Shown piece after piece: positions 62,343 to 64,000 of a stretch of 64,000 nucleotides of DNA. Under the pieces are notes generated by a model that was not told the DNA's origin, made no database searches, and saw only the letters and a list, made by a program, of their open reading frames with translations. The stretch comes from Eledone cirrhosa (taxonomy: Eukaryota). The first letter of the stretch is position 1. Every line of letters begins with the position of its first letter. The stretch lies in NCBI GenBank assembly GCA_964016885.1, contig OZ024740.1, positions 100,130,001 to 100,194,000 of the forward strand, in the 5' to 3' direction. Made by a program: the position numbers and the translations under genes.

Positions 62343-62682
62343 GAGGCACATGGCTTAGTGGTTAGAGCATTGGCCTTGCAATCGAAAGATTGCGAGTTCA
62401 ATTCTCAGACCGGGTGATGTGTTGTTTCCTTGAGCAAGACACTTTATTTCACATTGCTCCAGTTTACTCAGCTGTAGAAATGAGATGATAGGGACTGGGG
62501 TCCCTATCATTCCACTGCAAAGTGGTCGTGTAGGTGCCACGGCAAAAAAGCACCCAGCACTCACTGTAAATGAGATTGGTGTTAGGAAGGGCATCCAGCT
62601 GTAGAAATCAAGCCAGAATCAGTTCCTGTCCCACCCTTGCAAGCAGGGAAAAGCAGACGTAAAATGATGATGATGAATGATG
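62343..62682 (+). mobile_element. SINE family B, full length
   Basis: A box TGGCTTAGTGG, B box GAGTTCAATTC, CORE-like TCCTTGAGCAAGACACTT...CTCAGCTGTAGAAATG, RTE UTR module, RTE tail. Confidence 0.9.
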
Positions 62683-63291
62683 AGCATGTCCTATGAATTG
62701 TTTTATAACACTACTGCCATCTAATCCTTAAATATTAGATCCAGGTGTTCTGCATACACAACTCCCAATTACATTTTTCTCTCTATAGACATCTATTGTC
62801 ATACATTCAAGCAATGATCAACAGTTGTCATCAGCTTTTCTATCACATAATAATTGAAGCTTTTATCCACATTCAAAGCTATACCTGCTTCACTCTCTCT
62901 CTTTTTTTTTTTTTTTTCATATTCAATATCCACACCGTCCCTCAAGGATTATCCAATTCTCTGATATAGCTATTACAATTGAATAGTTTCTTCAACTGAT
63001 TCTATTCTTTGATGTTTTGGAAGTTGGTATATAGGATTCTGCTGTTAAATTAATATATTATGTTCTGCTTCAAACTACTGTTTAATAACAGTAGTTGTTG
63101 ATAATGACAAAAATATTGTCCTGATTATTACCCTCCTTCTGGAATTTCTGATCTGTGTATTCAATAGTTTTCAAACAAATTTTGTCATATTCTGTGATCC
63201 ATGTTGTCTGCTACCAATCATTATTTCTTGATGGAATTAAATGGCATTAATCAGCAGAAGACAAGGTTGTATCTTGCATCATTATTTAGTC

Positions 63292-63591
63292 GGTGTGGAT
63301 TGGCAGTATCGGTAGAGAGTCGGACGCCATGCTTTCCAGCATAGTTACGTCCTCCCTTTACAGTCTGAGTTCAAATCCCGCCGAGGTTAACTTTGCCTTT
63401 CATCCTTACGGGGTCGATAAAATAAAGTACCAGTAATGTACTGGGTAATTGATGGACTTGTGCCAAAAGTAGAAACAATTATTTAGTCTACTTTGCCTTT
63501 CATCCTTACGGGGTCGATAAAATAGAGTACCAGTAATGCACTGGGATAATTGGTGGCCTGGTGCCAAAAGTAGAAACAATTATTTAGTCTA
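63292..63591 (+). mobile_element. SINE family A with TSD and tandem duplication of its 3' 101 bp
   Basis: TSD ATTATTTAGTC (63281-91 / 63478-88); 63390-63490 repeated at 63491-63591. Confidence 0.9.
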
Positions 63592-64000
63592 CCTAAGATT
63601 ATTCCTTATCTTATTATGTAGCTAAATCGTCTTATCTTTGGGGACCAGCATGCTAACCTATTCTGGTATTCTCTTTAGTTTTATAATCATTTTATAGTTT
63701 ATTGTCCTTGTAAATTAGAATTTTCTGCTTTTTCGTGTAACCCTGACCTAACATAGGGATAACCAACTTTGCTTTTCCACACCGTCCCTCATCTCAATAC
63801 ATTTGTCTTCTATAACATGTAACACATTGTAAGATCATATCTTGTAAATATCATGCCGCACCCTTCACCCCACCACCACCAACAAACACTTCGCCATACA
63901 TCCCTCATCTCAATACTATTGTGTTCTATGTGTCTTCTCTGTCAGGTATTAACTTGTAACCCATCGTAAAATCCAATCCTGTAAATATGATGTCGCACAA

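Noticed and set aside
62343-62415. tRNA gene
   Set aside because: Has A/B boxes but no convincing cloverleaf, and continues into a SINE body; it is a SINE head
63738-63765. Telomere-like TAACCC
   Set aside because: Only one or two degenerate units; not an array

Overview
AT-rich, microsatellite-dense animal DNA with no confidently identifiable host gene (one candidate 62-bp exon). The SINE/LINE repertoire suggests an octopus or other cephalopod intergenic/intronic region; this is an inference from remembered family features, not a database result. The window is almost entirely transposon-derived. (1) At 34.7-51.5 kb, three mutually divergent, near-full-length Tx1-clade (L1-like) retrotransposons plus one 3' stub lie head-to-tail on the minus strand, and every junction is a (GATA)n tract. 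This points to a (GATA)n-targeting family that stacks into one microsatellite. The copies share 5' and 3' UTR stem-loops and an uncharacterised ORF1 C-terminal domain. (2) Several hammerhead-ribozyme (HHR) motifs sit in Penelope-like remnants flanked by (TA)n. They include an apparently intact type I HHR inside a 460-bp partial-tandem unit with an adjacent inverted arm (6.2-6.8 kb), two minimal HHRs (26.3 and 56.7 kb) and decayed ones. (3) A nearly intact RTE LINE has a PHD-like finger after its RT and a single CpG-type stop; there are many decayed RTE copies and a chimeric tRNA/CORE-like SINE built from two different RTE 3' ends. (4) Also present are Deu/Nin-like SINEs with TSDs, mariner- and piggyBac-type MITEs, CR1, R4/Dong and Gypsy remnants, long hairpins and a palindromic ~49-bp minisatellite. 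Most short ORFs in the track are microsatellite or antisense artefacts. Boundaries of decayed elements are approximate.
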